A stretch of 64,000 nucleotides of DNA from Nitrospirales bacterium. Its GTDB lineage: Bacteria; Nitrospirota; Nitrospiria; Nitrospirales; UBA8639. The stretch covers positions 416,001 to 480,000 of the forward strand of contig OY820905.2 of the NCBI GenBank assembly GCA_963555755.3, in the 5' to 3' direction. The position numbers and the translations under genes were made by a program. The notes beneath the pieces were generated by a model. It had not been told where the DNA came from. It was given only the letters and a program-made list of their open reading frames with translations, and made no database searches. Positions 52,238 to 63,541 of this stretch are shown here, one piece after another (position 1 is the first letter of the stretch; each line of letters begins with the position of its first letter).

Positions 52238-53104
52238 TTAGGCCAAAAATGGTATGTCTAAACTGATGTCTACCGCGGGGGCTGAATGTGTTAATGCCCC
52301 GATGGAAATATAATCCGCACCAGTTGCGGCAAATTCGACAACATTCGTGAGAGTGATTCCTCCCGACACTTCGACGATGGCTCGGCCTTTGATTTGGGTC
52401 ACTGCCCGATGGACTAACTCAGGAGACATGTTGTCGAGCAAAAGAACATCAGCCTGTCCGTCAAGGGCTTGGTCAATGTCATCAAGAGATTCAATTTCCA
52501 CGCATATCCTGAGTCCGTGGGGACCGTTCGTTTTGGCTAATCGGCACGCTTGAGTAATGTCCAGGCCCTGGGCTTTGAGAATGGCCAGGTGATTGTCTTT
52601 GATCAGGATGCCATCGTTCAACGACATACGGTGGTTCAGCCCTCCGCCCATGGTCACGGCCCATTTTTCAAGTTTCCGAAGGCCGGGAGTGGTTTTTCGT
52701 GTATCCAGGATTTTTGCGGGATACCCGCGAACGGCCTCGCAAAATTGTTTGGTGAGAGTCGCGATGCCTGAGAGATGCTGAAGGAAATTCAGCGCCACAC
52801 GTTCGCCGGTCAGAATGGACCGCGTGCAACCTTCTAGTGTGGCAATCACTTGACCCGCGGCAATCGTGTCCCCATCCCCATGCGCACCATGTAGTACGAG
52901 CGTAGGATCCAACACCTCAAAAACTTTTTGAACGACGGGAATCCCCGCAACAATCAGTGCGTGTTTGGCTTGTATGGTGGCGCGCGTTGTCGCCTCAGAT
53001 GGAACAAGGATGTTTGTCGTCACATCCCCATGAGAGATGTCTTCTTCTAGTGCGGCTTTGACAATGTGTTCACAGTCAAAGGGAGAAAGAGGAGTGTTCG
53101 ACAT
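52238..53104 (-). CDS. nadC: Nicotinate-nucleotide pyrophosphorylase (carboxylating)
   Basis: DTRKTTPG, NHRMSL, LIKDNH, LLDNM, EVSGG. Confidence 0.97.
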   Translation of the reverse strand: MSNTPLSPFDCEHIVKAALEEDISHGDVTTNILVPSEATTRATIQAKHALIVAGIPVVQKVFEVLDPTLVLHGAHGDGDTIAAGQVIATLEGCTRSILTGERVALNFLQHLSGIATLTKQFCEAVRGYPAKILDTRKTTPGLRKLEKWAVTMGGGLNHRMSLNDGILIKDNHLAILKAQGLDITQACRLAKTNGPHGLRICVEIESLDDIDQALDGQADVLLLDNMSPELVHRAVTQIKGRAIVEVSGGITLTNVVEFAATGADYISIGALTHSAPAVDISLDIPFLA

Positions 53105-53113
53105 AGTGCCTCA

Positions 53114-55855
53114 CTATACCATTCTCTGAAGTTGCTGTTCACTACTTGAGAGAAGCGATAGTTCAGCCGTCAGAGCTTCAAGGCGTTCCTTGGATTCTTG
53201 AATGACGTCGGGCGAGGCTTTGGCGGTAAAGTCAACGGAAGCCAGGCGGCCTTGCAGGCGTGTGGCTTCTTTCTGTTTCGCTTGTGTTTGCTTGCGAATA
53301 CGATCCAGGGCTTTCTTGAGATCGACTTCACCTTCAATGTGGATGCCGATGGTGAAGCCTCCGACTATGAGTCGCAGAACATGATCGGTTGGCCAATCAT
53401 CTTGTTCTGTGACGCGAAGTTCCCCTCGCCCCAATTGTTCCAAGTACGTGATAAGGGTATGAAGTTGGGACACTTGGTTGGGATCTTTGGCGGTTCCGTA
53501 TAAGGTCAGCTTTTTCGATGGCCCGTATTCTAAAAGCGCTCGCCCAGTGCGTGTGATGGTCACCACCTGTTCGATAATGTGAAACGCCTCTTCGGCTTTT
53601 GGATCAACCCAATCCTTTTGTGATGTGGGATAAGCCTGGATGACAATGCTTTCCCCTTCATGCGGTATGGCCTGCCAAATTTCTTCGGTGAGAAAGGGCA
53701 TGAGCGGATGAAGTAAGCGCTGTAGGATTTCAAATGATTCAAAAAGCGTGTGGCGCGTGGATCGGCCTTCCGGTGTATCGCCGGCTAGGAGTGCAGGTTT
53801 GATCAGCTCCAAGTACCAATCACAGTATTCGTGCCAAATGAAATGATAGAGCTGACTGGCCGCTTGATCAAACCGGTAGTTTTCCAAACTGGTATTGACG
53901 GATTCAATCACGTAATTGAGTCGAGTGAGAATCCACCGATCGATCAAGGGTCGGTCATGAAAGGGGAGGGCTTCGGTCTTGCCATCTGCGTTCATGAGGA
54001 TGAACCGCGCGGCATTCCAAATTTTATTCGTAAAGTTTCGATAGCCCTCGATGCGTTCTTCTGACAATTTAATGTCGCGTCCTGGTGACGCCATGGATGT
54101 CAGTGTGAACCGTAAGGCATCCGTGCCGTATTGCGACATCTTGGTTAAGGGATCGATGACATTCCCTTTCGACTTGCTCATTTTTTGGCCCTCGGCATCC
54201 CGGACCAACGCATGAATGTAGACATCTCGAAATGGAGGCTTGCCGGTGAACTTTAACCCCATCATGATCATGCGGGCGACCCAGAAAAACAATATGTCGA
54301 GACCCGTGACGAGTGTGGCGGTAGGGTAGAAGGTTTTGAGATCGGGGGTTTCATCCGGCCATCCCAAAGTTGAGAAGGGCCACAGGGCAGAGGAAAACCA
54401 TGTGTCCAGCACATCAGGGTCTTGAATGAATTCCGCATTGTGACAGGTTGGGCAAGTTGACGGTTCCGTCCGGCCAACGATTGGAGTGGCATTCGGAGGA
54501 ATGATGCTGCTTCCCGCACCCTGTTCAACTTGTTTGACTTCGGGATAACAGGTTGTGCAATACCACGCGGGAATTCGATGCCCCCACCAGATCTGCCGAG
54601 AGATACACCAGTCTTTGATCCCGCGCATCCACCCGAGATAATTATTCGACCAAGCTTCGGGGATGATCCGAATCTCCCCTGTCTCAACCGCTTTAATCGC
54701 AGGGTCGGCAAGGGGTTGAATCTTGACGAACCATTGTGGAGACAGAAACGGCTCCACCACGGTTTTGCATCGATAGCACTTCCCAATGGCCATTTGATGA
54801 TCGTCGATTGACGGAAGGAGTTCCTGCGCTTGCAGTGCTTCGATCACGATTGTTCGGGCTTTTCCCACTGGCAATTCCACTAATTGGGCTCGCAACGAAG
54901 GTTCGACTTCGGCCTTCTCTAATCCTTCAGGATCAATCTGTGCGCGGTAATTCAAGATGGAAAGATGCGGGAGCTGATGACGCTGGCCAGCCTCGAAGTC
55001 ATTAAAGTCATGGGCCGGAGTGATCTTAACTGCGCCGGTACCAAACTCCCGGTCCACTAAAATGGCATCACCCACGATGGGAATGGTTCGTGAGGTTAGG
55101 GGAAGCCGAATTGATTTGCCAATAAGCTGATTGTAGCGCGGATCTTCGGGATGAACTGCCACTGCGGTATCGCCTAACAATGTTTCAGGGCGCGTGGTCG
55201 CGATGGTCAAAAACGTGTTGGGATCATCCGCCAGAGGATAACGGATGTGGTATAGCTTACCTTTCAACTGCTCATGTTCGACCTCAATATCCGATAGCGC
55301 GGTCAGGCATCGAGGGCACCAATTGATCAGGCGTTCGCCACGGTAGATCAATCCATCCTGATGGAGCCGGACAAACACTTCACGAACGGCTTTGGATAGG
55401 CCGTCATCCATGGTGAAACGCAAACGCGACCAATCACACGAAGCGCCAAGATGTTTGAGCTGGCCAATGATCGTGTTGCCGGATTGTTCCTTCCACGTCC
55501 ACACCCGTTCGATGAAGGCATCTCGCCCAAGTTGTTCACGGGAGTTGCCTTCTTCATGGAGTTGTCGCTCAACGACATTTTGTGTCGCAATACCCGCATG
55601 GTCGGTTCCAGGAAGCCAGAGGGCGTTTCGACCCTGCATGCGGCGCCAGCGAATCAGGATATCTTGTAACGTGCTATTAAGCGCATGCCCAATATGCAAG
55701 GATCCGGTGACGTTTGGCGGGGGAATGACAATTGTATAGGACTCGGCAGGAGCGCCAGACTTGGCTGTGAAGTACCCCTGGTCAAGCCAATGTTGGCTCC
55801 ACCGAGCTTCGACAGCTTGTGGCTCGTAAATTTTTTCGAGTTGACGGGAAGGCAT
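53114..55855 (-). CDS. valS: Valine--tRNA ligase
   Basis: PPPNVTGSLHIGH, DWCISRQ, KMSKS. Confidence 0.99.
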   Translation of the reverse strand: MPSRQLEKIYEPQAVEARWSQHWLDQGYFTAKSGAPAESYTIVIPPPNVTGSLHIGHALNSTLQDILIRWRRMQGRNALWLPGTDHAGIATQNVVERQLHEEGNSREQLGRDAFIERVWTWKEQSGNTIIGQLKHLGASCDWSRLRFTMDDGLSKAVREVFVRLHQDGLIYRGERLINWCPRCLTALSDIEVEHEQLKGKLYHIRYPLADDPNTFLTIATTRPETLLGDTAVAVHPEDPRYNQLIGKSIRLPLTSRTIPIVGDAILVDREFGTGAVKITPAHDFNDFEAGQRHQLPHLSILNYRAQIDPEGLEKAEVEPSLRAQLVELPVGKARTIVIEALQAQELLPSIDDHQMAIGKCYRCKTVVEPFLSPQWFVKIQPLADPAIKAVETGEIRIIPEAWSNNYLGWMRGIKDWCISRQIWWGHRIPAWYCTTCYPEVKQVEQGAGSSIIPPNATPIVGRTEPSTCPTCHNAEFIQDPDVLDTWFSSALWPFSTLGWPDETPDLKTFYPTATLVTGLDILFFWVARMIMMGLKFTGKPPFRDVYIHALVRDAEGQKMSKSKGNVIDPLTKMSQYGTDALRFTLTSMASPGRDIKLSEERIEGYRNFTNKIWNAARFILMNADGKTEALPFHDRPLIDRWILTRLNYVIESVNTSLENYRFDQAASQLYHFIWHEYCDWYLELIKPALLAGDTPEGRSTRHTLFESFEILQRLLHPLMPFLTEEIWQAIPHEGESIVIQAYPTSQKDWVDPKAEEAFHIIEQVVTITRTGRALLEYGPSKKLTLYGTAKDPNQVSQLHTLITYLEQLGRGELRVTEQDDWPTDHVLRLIVGGFTIGIHIEGEVDLKKALDRIRKQTQAKQKEATRLQGRLASVDFTAKASPDVIQESKERLEALTAELSLLSSSEQQLQRMV

Positions 55856-55918
55856 AGGTAAGAAAATAGGCGAAAAAGAGATCGAATTTTAACATGGGCC
55901 CCTGGGGCCCGCAACCAC

Positions 55919-57822
55919 CAGGGCTATTTCATATTAAAGTGTAACTTTATAGATAATAAGGAATAATCGATTTAGGCTGGCTTTTTCTTTTCGTTTACGG
56001 CATACTCTTTTGCATGCCAGACGAATCGCCAAGCGGACAGCCGGACATTGATCTGAGGCAAGTCGTGGTTCGCCCAATTGTCCGAGACGAAAAGGACGCC
56101 TTCAAGACCCTTCTCGACAGACACCACTACCTCGGTCATGCCCCGCTGATTGGCCAATCGATACAATATCTCGCCTGTGTGCAGGATCGCTGGCTGGCCT
56201 TGCTGGTGTTTGCGGCGGCGGCCCTCAAATCGAGACCGCGAGACCACTGGATCGGCTGGCCCCCCTGTTTTCAATGGCAACGACTCCATTTACTGGCCAA
56301 CAACACCCGGTTTCTCATGCTGCCGGGCTGTTCGCAAAAGAACCTCGCCTCGAAAGTCCTGTCGCTCTGCGCGAAACGGATCTCGTCCGATTGGCAACTG
56401 TACCACGGCTACCCCTTGCTCCTCTTAGAGACCTTCGTCGATCCTGCCCGCTTCACCGGGACCTGCTATCGGGCCGCCGGGTGGCACGAGCTCGGTCTGA
56501 CACGAGGGTTTCGCAAGTCGAACACGTGTTATGTTCAGCATGAGAGACCGAAGCGCATCCTAGTCGTGCGGCTGCATCCCCAAGCCCGAGAGATCCTTGC
56601 ACGCCCGATGCTTGATCAGCCCTATCAGAAAGGAGAAGCGCCTCAGATGAGATTGAATACAAAACAGACGGACTCCCTCTTTACGTATGTGGTGCAGCTG
56701 ACCGATCCCCGCCATTTGCAAGGGCAACGGCACACCCGACGCGCCCTCACGGCGATCATGTTCTGTGCCACCTTGTGCGGCGCGCGCGGCTATGAAGCGA
56801 TCTCGGACTGGGCCCAGCAGTTATCGCAGCCGATGCGCAAGCGGCTAGGCTGTACTCAGCGAGGGGGGCGCTACCTCGTCCCGAGCCGCAGCACTCTTTA
56901 CCGCTTTATCACGGCCGTCGACCCCTGTGAAGTCGATACCCTGCTCGGCCGGTGGCTGGACACCTTCGGCGGGGAGGATCAGGGCATTGCCATTGATGGG
57001 AAGACCATGCGGGGGACGTCGAAGGTCCCAAGCGAACAGCCCCACGTCCTCAGCGCCGTCACCCATCAAGCCGGGCGCCACCTCACCCAAAAAAAGTTCA
57101 CTCCAAGACCAATGAGATCCCCTGCGTGCGGCCCCTGTTAGATGCGCTCGAGATCGCAGGGAAGGTGATCACGGCGGATGCGCTCCTCACCCAGAAAGAG
57201 ATTGCCGAGTACCTGGTGCACGAACGCGGCGCCGACTTCGTCTTCACCGTCAAGGGAAACCAGCCCACCTTGAAGCACGACATTGAGGCCTTAGCGTTGC
57301 GAGCACGCCGGTGCGATTATGCCACCACCGAGAAAGGCCATGGGCAGATCACGACCCGCAGGATCTGGTGCGATGACTCCCTGAATGCCTATGTCAACTT
57401 TCCTCATGTCCAGCAAGTCTTCTGCATTGAGAGGGAAGTGACGCATCTCAAGCAGGGCCTCACGACCGTCGAAGCGGTCTGCGGTGTCACGAGTCAGTCC
57501 AAAGACAAGGCGGGGCCGAAGACCATCCTCTCGCAAAACCGAAAGCATTGGAGTGTGGAGAATAAGCAGCATTATGTGTTGGACGTCACCTTTGATGAAG
57601 ACAGGAGTCAGATACGAAGTCTCAATGGCCCAATGGTCATGACCTGTCTGAGACGCTATGCCATCAGTCTCTTACGCCTGAAAGGCTACACCAATATCGC
57701 GCAGGCGTGTAGACTGCTCTGGGGCAAGCCCCATTTAGCCATCCGCATGGCCCTGCCCTGAAAAAGAGGGCACAAAAAACCTCATGGAATCCCTTGCTTA
57801 TAAAAAGAATGAAATGGCCCTG
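55919..57822 (+). mobile_element. ISAs1-family element with a DUF4338-fused transposase
   Basis: IRs CAGGGC(T/C)ATTTCAT; 10-bp TSD CCGCAACCAC at 55909-55918, 57823-57832 and 58931-58940. Confidence 0.92.
56014..57761 (+). CDS. DUF4338-ISAs1 transposase, ORFs joined by a probable -1 frameshift at 57090-57096
   Basis: N-terminal HHYLG/NNTRFL/LETFVD; TDPR, IAIDGKTMRG; after the shift KTNEIP, ITADAL, VKGNQ, HWSVEN. Confidence 0.85.
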
Positions 57823-57832
57823 CCGCAACCAC

Positions 57833-58930
57833 CAGGGTCATGGAATCGCCAAGCGGACAGCCGGACTCTGTCCATTGTAAACAAGACACCACGGGGCCGA
57901 AGCCAATCCATCCTCTCGCAAAACCGAAAGCATTGGAGTGTGGAGAATAAGCAGCATTATGTGTTGGACGTCACCTTTGATGAAGACAGGAGTCAGATAC
58001 GAAGTCTCAATGGCCCAATGGTCATGACCTGTCTGAGACGCTATGCCATCAGTCTCTTACGCCTGAAAGGCTACACCAATAGGCTGTACTCGCGCAGGCG
58101 TGTAGTGAAGTCTGCTCGGCCGGTGGCTGGACACCTTCGGCAAGCCCGGGGGACGTCAGGTCCCAAGCCATCCGCATCAAGCCGGGCGCCACCTCACCCA
58201 AAAAAAGTTCACTCCAAGAAAGAGATCCCCTGCGTGCGGCCCCTGTTAGATGCGCTCGAGATCGCAGGGAAGGTGATCACGGCGGATGCGCTCCTCACCC
58301 AGAAAGAGATTGCCGAGTACCTGGTGCACGAACGCGGCGCCGACTTCGTCTTCACCGTCAAGGGAAACCAGCCCACCTTGAAGCACGACATTGAGGCCTT
58401 AGCGTTGCGAGCACGCCGGTGCGATTATGCCACCACCGAGAAAGGCCATGGGCAGATCACGACCCGCAGGATCTGGTGCGATGACTCCCTGAATGCCTAT
58501 GTCAACTTTCCTCATGTCCAGCAAGTCTTCTGCATTGAGAGGGAAGTGACGCATCTCAAGCAGGGCCTCACGACCGTCGAAGCGGTCTGCGGTGTCACGA
58601 GTCAGTCCAAAGACAAGGCGGGGCCGAAGACCATCCTCTCGCAAAACCGAAAGCATTGGAGTGTGGAGAATAAGCAGCATTATGTGTTGGACGTCACCTT
58701 TGATGAAGACAGGAGTCAGATACGAAGTCTCAATGGCCCAATGGTCATGACCTGTCTGAGACGCTATGCCATCAGTCTCTTACGCCTGAAAGGCTACACC
58801 AATATCGCGCAGGCGTGTAGACTGCTCTGGGGCAAGCCCCATTTAGCCATCCGCATGGCCCTGCCCTGAAAAAGAGCGCACAAAAAACCTCATGGAATCC
58901 CTTGCTTATAAAAAGAATGAAATGGCCCTG
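57833..58930 (+). mobile_element. Second, 5'-scrambled partial copy of the ISAs1 element
   Basis: About 58225-58930 repeats about 57117-57822; 57833-58225 is a patchwork of pieces of the same IS. Confidence 0.75.
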
Positions 58931-58981
58931 CCGCAACCACTAACATAGTTGTTATTCCAGGGGAAGATGTGGTAGAAACCA

Positions 58982-59161
58982 AGGACATGAGCGAAAATAT
59001 CTTGGACATATGGCGCCAAGATTTGGGTCGGATTTGGACGGAACGATTGAGAAATACCCGAGGCATAGCGCAGCTATGTTGAGGGATTTTCGATTGAGGC
59101 CCGTTCAAAGATGGCCCGAAAATTGGATGCGAGATGTCCAAGTTATTTTCGCTCAGGTCCT
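58982..59161. repeat. MITE-like repeat family D, copy 2
   Basis: Homologous to 51218-51398. Confidence 0.85.
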
Positions 59162-59224
59162 ACATTGAACCTAGGGAATCTACTTGTATTCCCTTTTGTA
59201 GTCCATAAATCGAAAGGATGGCAC

Positions 59225-59335
59225 ATGCCTAAAGGACGTGAAAAAGACCGAGAACTTCGTCGCAAACACCGTAAAAATCGAGACCGTATGAAAGCCCTAG
59301 AAAAAACACAGCGACAGACCAAAACAAAGAAGTAA
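59225..59335 (+). CDS. 36-aa highly basic small protein
   Basis: GAAAGGA RBS; MPKGREKDRELRRKHRKNRDRMKALEKTQRQTKTKK. Confidence 0.55.
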   Translation: MPKGREKDRELRRKHRKNRDRMKALEKTQRQTKTKK

Positions 59336-59584
59336 ACCTTTCTTCGGGGTCTGGGTGACAGCCAACAACGATACTCACCGCGAATTGATTATTCTTTACT
59401 CGCCGTTTTTGTTTTTTTGCCCCCAATCGTAATCGATCCAAGCAAGGTGTCTGTGAACAGAGCAGTTTCAATAGACATCTTTAATTTTAGAGAATCCGTA
59501 TTTCATCCGTGTAAGCCTCATCCTGGTTGTCAATTTTGATGGCCGATCACTATAGTTTTTCAGGAGAGCGTATTCGAACTTTCT

Positions 59585-60307
59585 ATGTTCCCATCACCGA
59601 TTAAAGTTATTTTCTTTGATGCCGCAGGGACCTTGTTTCATGTGAAAGGGTCGGTGGGGGAGGTGTATCTTCGCTATGCGAAAAAATATGGCGTCTCTCA
59701 ATCCCAGGAGATGGCTGCGAAGGTGAATCAGGCTTTCAAGGAATCGTTTCGTCAGGCACCACCTCCGATTTTTGCTATTGAGCACCCTGAAAAATTAAAG
59801 CAGTGTGAAAGGTTGTGGTGGTTCGATGTTGTGCACGGGGTGTTTTATCGTGTGGGCATGTTTAACGGGTTTGATGAGTATTTTGATGAGGTCTTTGAGG
59901 CGTTTGGAACAGCAGCTGTTTGGGAGGTCTATCCTGAAGTACCAGGAGTTCTACAGGAACTAAAGTCGCAAGGGTATGAACTGGGTGTCATTTCGAATTT
60001 TGATACGCGGTTTTTTGGGATTTTTCGTGGTTTGAAATTAGATCAATACTTCGACACCGTCACTATTTCCAGTTTGGCGGGTTCGGCCAAACCTTCTCCG
60101 AAAATTTTTCAATATGCCTTAGATCAACATGTGCTTGATCCGGAAGACGCATTGCATATTGGGGACAGTATTACGGAAGATGTCGAGGGGGCAAATCAAG
60201 CGAAGTTAACCGGGATTTTTCTTAATAGAGAAGGTGACCCCGTGTCCTCGATGGGGTATTCATTGAAAAATCTATTGTCCCTCCCTTCTTTTCTCCAGTC
60301 TTTGTGA
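59585..60307 (+). CDS. HAD-IA family hydrolase
   Basis: FFDAAGTL, ISNFD, KPSPKIF, HIGDS..ED. Confidence 0.93.
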   Translation: MFPSPIKVIFFDAAGTLFHVKGSVGEVYLRYAKKYGVSQSQEMAAKVNQAFKESFRQAPPPIFAIEHPEKLKQCERLWWFDVVHGVFYRVGMFNGFDEYFDEVFEAFGTAAVWEVYPEVPGVLQELKSQGYELGVISNFDTRFFGIFRGLKLDQYFDTVTISSLAGSAKPSPKIFQYALDQHVLDPEDALHIGDSITEDVEGANQAKLTGIFLNREGDPVSSMGYSLKNLLSLPSFLQSL

Positions 60308-60429
60308 GGATGGAAATTTGCCACTATGAAATGGTGCTATAAGAATCAATGTTTGATGCCTCAAATTTTTATAGGCAATTGTGCGTATGCCTAAGGTAGA
60401 GTTTCCATATTTTGGTCGTTTCCCTTTCC

Positions 60430-60459
60430 TTGACTTCCCAAAATCTGGCTTGCTAGAAT
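60430..60459 (+). promoter_or_regulatory. Sigma70-like promoter
   Basis: TTGACT, 18-nt spacer, TAGAAT upstream of the NHL gene. Confidence 0.5.
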
Positions 60460-60580
60460 TTCCTTCATAAGTAGCTGGTTTTATTTAACTTTTCATTGTC
60501 GAGTGTTTCGGTTCCTCAACGGTTACAATCGGATAACAATATTACATCAAGTAACACTTGAATATTAGTGGGGGAAGTTT

Positions 60581-63541
60581 ATGAGGGATTTTTTCAATAG
60601 TGATGATCTCATTCAGCAGCCGCACCGGATGGCTTTGTCAGCGGAAGGTGTTGAAGAAGAATGGGGAGCTGGGGAAGATCAGGATCAAGACAAGTTTCCA
60701 CCTGCTCCTGCTGGGGTCAAGGCCGTGGCGGGAAATGGGTTCATCACTGTTTCGTGGGAACCGGTCCCTGATGCCATGTACTACAACATGTATTACATGA
60801 CGAGTAAGGGCGTGAGCATCAAGCCTAACGAATTAGCGCGTCCGATTGCCGGGAAAGATGATTTTAATCCGGTCATTGGGGTGGATAAAGAAAAAGGGAA
60901 TTGTATTGAAGGTTCCTCGACTCCCTACACGCATAGCGATCTCTCAAATGGAATGTGCTACCACTATGTAATCACTGCCGTAACGGAAGATGGGGAAAGC
61001 CCCTGTTCCGAAGAAGTCATGTCAATTCCTTCTCCCTACTTGTGTGTTATGCAGTTTGGTGAAGAAGGCGTTGACGATGGGGAATTTCGTTCTCCCACGG
61101 GAATTGCGATTGACAGTGAGGGTTGTATTTATGTGGCTGATACGGACAACCACAGTATTCAAAAATTCGATAAGGATGGCGTATTCTTGAGCCGCTGGGG
61201 TGGAGATCCGGACTCCGAAGATGGGTCCTTTTACTACCCAAGAGGGCTCACCACGACTCCGGACGGATATGTGTTTGTCGCCGATAGTGGTAATAACCGT
61301 GTTCAGAAATTTGATCCCGATGGCAATTTCATGAAGGCGTGGGGCAAGTTCGGCTTTGCCTGGAGAGGCGCCGAAGCTGGAAAGTTTGATGTGCCTTGGG
61401 GCGTGACGACTGATCAGCAAGGCCATCTGTATGTTTCGGATACCAGTAATGCGCGGATCCAAAAATTCGAGTCAAACGGTACGCCGCTGGTGAAATGGGG
61501 ACGGGATGGTAGCTTTGATGGCGCGTTCTTTTACCCTCGCGGGTTAACGGTTGATTTCGTTGGAAATATCTATATTGCCGATGAAGGAAATCATCGGATT
61601 CAAAAGTTCGATCCCCGCGGGAACTTCCTGGCCAAATGGGGCCGCGAAGGAAACGGTCCCGGACAATTCAAATCGCCTTGGGGCGTGGCCTGTGATCCGC
61701 TGGGGAATGTGTATGTCGTGGATAGTGGCAATCATCGCATTCAAAAGTTCGATTCAAATGGAACCTATTTGTGTAGCTGGGGCAATCGCGGATTAACCGA
61801 AGCTCAAGTGAATTATCCTTCCGGCATTGCCGTTGACAAAGAAGGGTATGTGTTTGTAGTGGATAGTGGCAATCATCGTGTCATTAAATTTGTCCCAACT
61901 GAAGAAGAAATTACACGCGGGCGGGAAAAGGCTGAAAAGGATCAAGAAAGCACGGATGGAATGCCCATTCCATTTTTGGTAGCTAAACCTGGGGATACCG
62001 AAGCCATTCTCAGTTGGTTAGAGGTTCCCGGTGCGGTTTCGTACAATTTGTATTTCAGCACAGATCCTGGGGTCACCAAAGAAACGGGCACAAAAATTGA
62101 AGGCGTGACCAGTCCGTATTTCCATATCGGTTTGACCAACAATACGCCCTACTACTATGCCCTCACCTGTGTGGATGAATCCGAAAATGAGGGTGCAATC
62201 TCCGAAGAACAAGAAGTGGCTCCGCTGTTGATTGACTTAGCGGCACCACAAAATCCAGATTTGGTCATGAACCACGGTGCTTACATGACCAGTTCATTGG
62301 ATATCGTCGCCACGATTTCCGCCAAAGACATGGATACCGGTGTGGCCGGATATTTCATTTCTGAAAATCCCATGACACCAAGTGCCACAATTCCCGGATG
62401 GATCGAAGTTGAACCCGAATATATGTTTGGCGCATCTATTCCGTTTTCACTTTCACCGGGGGATGGGCCTAAAACCGTCTATGTATGGTTCAAGGATGTT
62501 GGCAATAATACATCAGTTCCCGCCAGTGCCAATATTCTCTTAAATACCTCAGGGTATGTGTGTACGGGAACGTGGGGTAAGCCGGGTCGAGGAGCTTCCA
62601 TGCTCCACGGTGGGGAATTTATGGCTCCTCTCTATGGAATGGCTATGGATCGCCAAGGGTCGGTATTCGTCGTTGATAACGGCAATAATCGTATCCAGAA
62701 ATTTGAAAACTCGGGAAACTTTATTTTGCTGTGGGGGAATTTTGGCACTTCCAATGGCAATTTTAATAATCCCACTGGGCTGGCGTGTGATGGTAAAGGT
62801 GATGTGTATGTGTGTGATACCAACAATCACCGAGTCCAAAAATTTGATGGAAAACTTGGCCATTTCATCAGGAAATTTGGTGGACGGGGCAATGGCGAAG
62901 GCCAATTCAACGCGCCATGGGGAATCGCCGTCGATCGAGTTCGAGGCTACATTTATGTTGTTGATAGCGCGAACTTCCGTATTCAGAAGTTTGATGAGGA
63001 CGGGGAATTCATCATGCAGTGGGGGAGTTTTGGCAATAAGGATGGTCAATTCTATTTTGCTCGAGGGATAGCCGTGGATCCAAATGATGGCCTTATCTAT
63101 GTGGTGGATATGGGCAATCATCGGATTCAAAAGTTTGATACCAGCACCAACGTTCTTCCCCAACTTGTGGCCAAATGGGGGGGAGGCATTGGCGCCGGGC
63201 ATGCCAGTAGTCCACTAGCCCAAGAGCCTGGGCAATTCCGTTCCCCTTGGGGAATTACTATTGATGGAATGGGCGATGTGTTTGTTACTGATACCGGAAA
63301 TCAACGCATTCAAAAATTCGACCGTGAGGGGAATTTCGTCACTCAGTGGGGTGGTTTTGGCAATTCAGAAGGCCAGTTTAATTTTCCCTACGGCTTGATC
63401 GTCGATCCCAAAGGTCATGTGTTTGTCGTTGATAGCGGTAATATGCGCGTTCAACACTTTATGCCGGCTGAAGATGCAGAGGAACATATCCGCGAAGAAG
63501 CTGAATCTCTTGACCTGTTGCCTGAAGGTGCGGAATCCTAA
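60581..63541 (+). CDS. FN3 + NHL-repeat beta-propeller protein
   Basis: About 12 repeats of F..P.GIA.D..G.VYV.D.GNHRIQKFD in two blocks, each preceded by an FN3-like domain. Confidence 0.9.
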   Translation: MRDFFNSDDLIQQPHRMALSAEGVEEEWGAGEDQDQDKFPPAPAGVKAVAGNGFITVSWEPVPDAMYYNMYYMTSKGVSIKPNELARPIAGKDDFNPVIGVDKEKGNCIEGSSTPYTHSDLSNGMCYHYVITAVTEDGESPCSEEVMSIPSPYLCVMQFGEEGVDDGEFRSPTGIAIDSEGCIYVADTDNHSIQKFDKDGVFLSRWGGDPDSEDGSFYYPRGLTTTPDGYVFVADSGNNRVQKFDPDGNFMKAWGKFGFAWRGAEAGKFDVPWGVTTDQQGHLYVSDTSNARIQKFESNGTPLVKWGRDGSFDGAFFYPRGLTVDFVGNIYIADEGNHRIQKFDPRGNFLAKWGREGNGPGQFKSPWGVACDPLGNVYVVDSGNHRIQKFDSNGTYLCSWGNRGLTEAQVNYPSGIAVDKEGYVFVVDSGNHRVIKFVPTEEEITRGREKAEKDQESTDGMPIPFLVAKPGDTEAILSWLEVPGAVSYNLYFSTDPGVTKETGTKIEGVTSPYFHIGLTNNTPYYYALTCVDESENEGAISEEQEVAPLLIDLAAPQNPDLVMNHGAYMTSSLDIVATISAKDMDTGVAGYFISENPMTPSATIPGWIEVEPEYMFGASIPFSLSPGDGPKTVYVWFKDVGNNTSVPASANILLNTSGYVCTGTWGKPGRGASMLHGGEFMAPLYGMAMDRQGSVFVVDNGNNRIQKFENSGNFILLWGNFGTSNGNFNNPTGLACDGKGDVYVCDTNNHRVQKFDGKLGHFIRKFGGRGNGEGQFNAPWGIAVDRVRGYIYVVDSANFRIQKFDEDGEFIMQWGSFGNKDGQFYFARGIAVDPNDGLIYVVDMGNHRIQKFDTSTNVLPQLVAKWGGGIGAGHASSPLAQEPGQFRSPWGITIDGMGDVFVTDTGNQRIQKFDREGNFVTQWGGFGNSEGQFNFPYGLIVDPKGHVFVVDSGNMRVQHFMPAEDAEEHIREEAESLDLLPEGAES

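Noticed and set aside
57784..58869. Novel 361-aa transposase
   Set aside because: Chimeric read-through of scrambled IS fragments.
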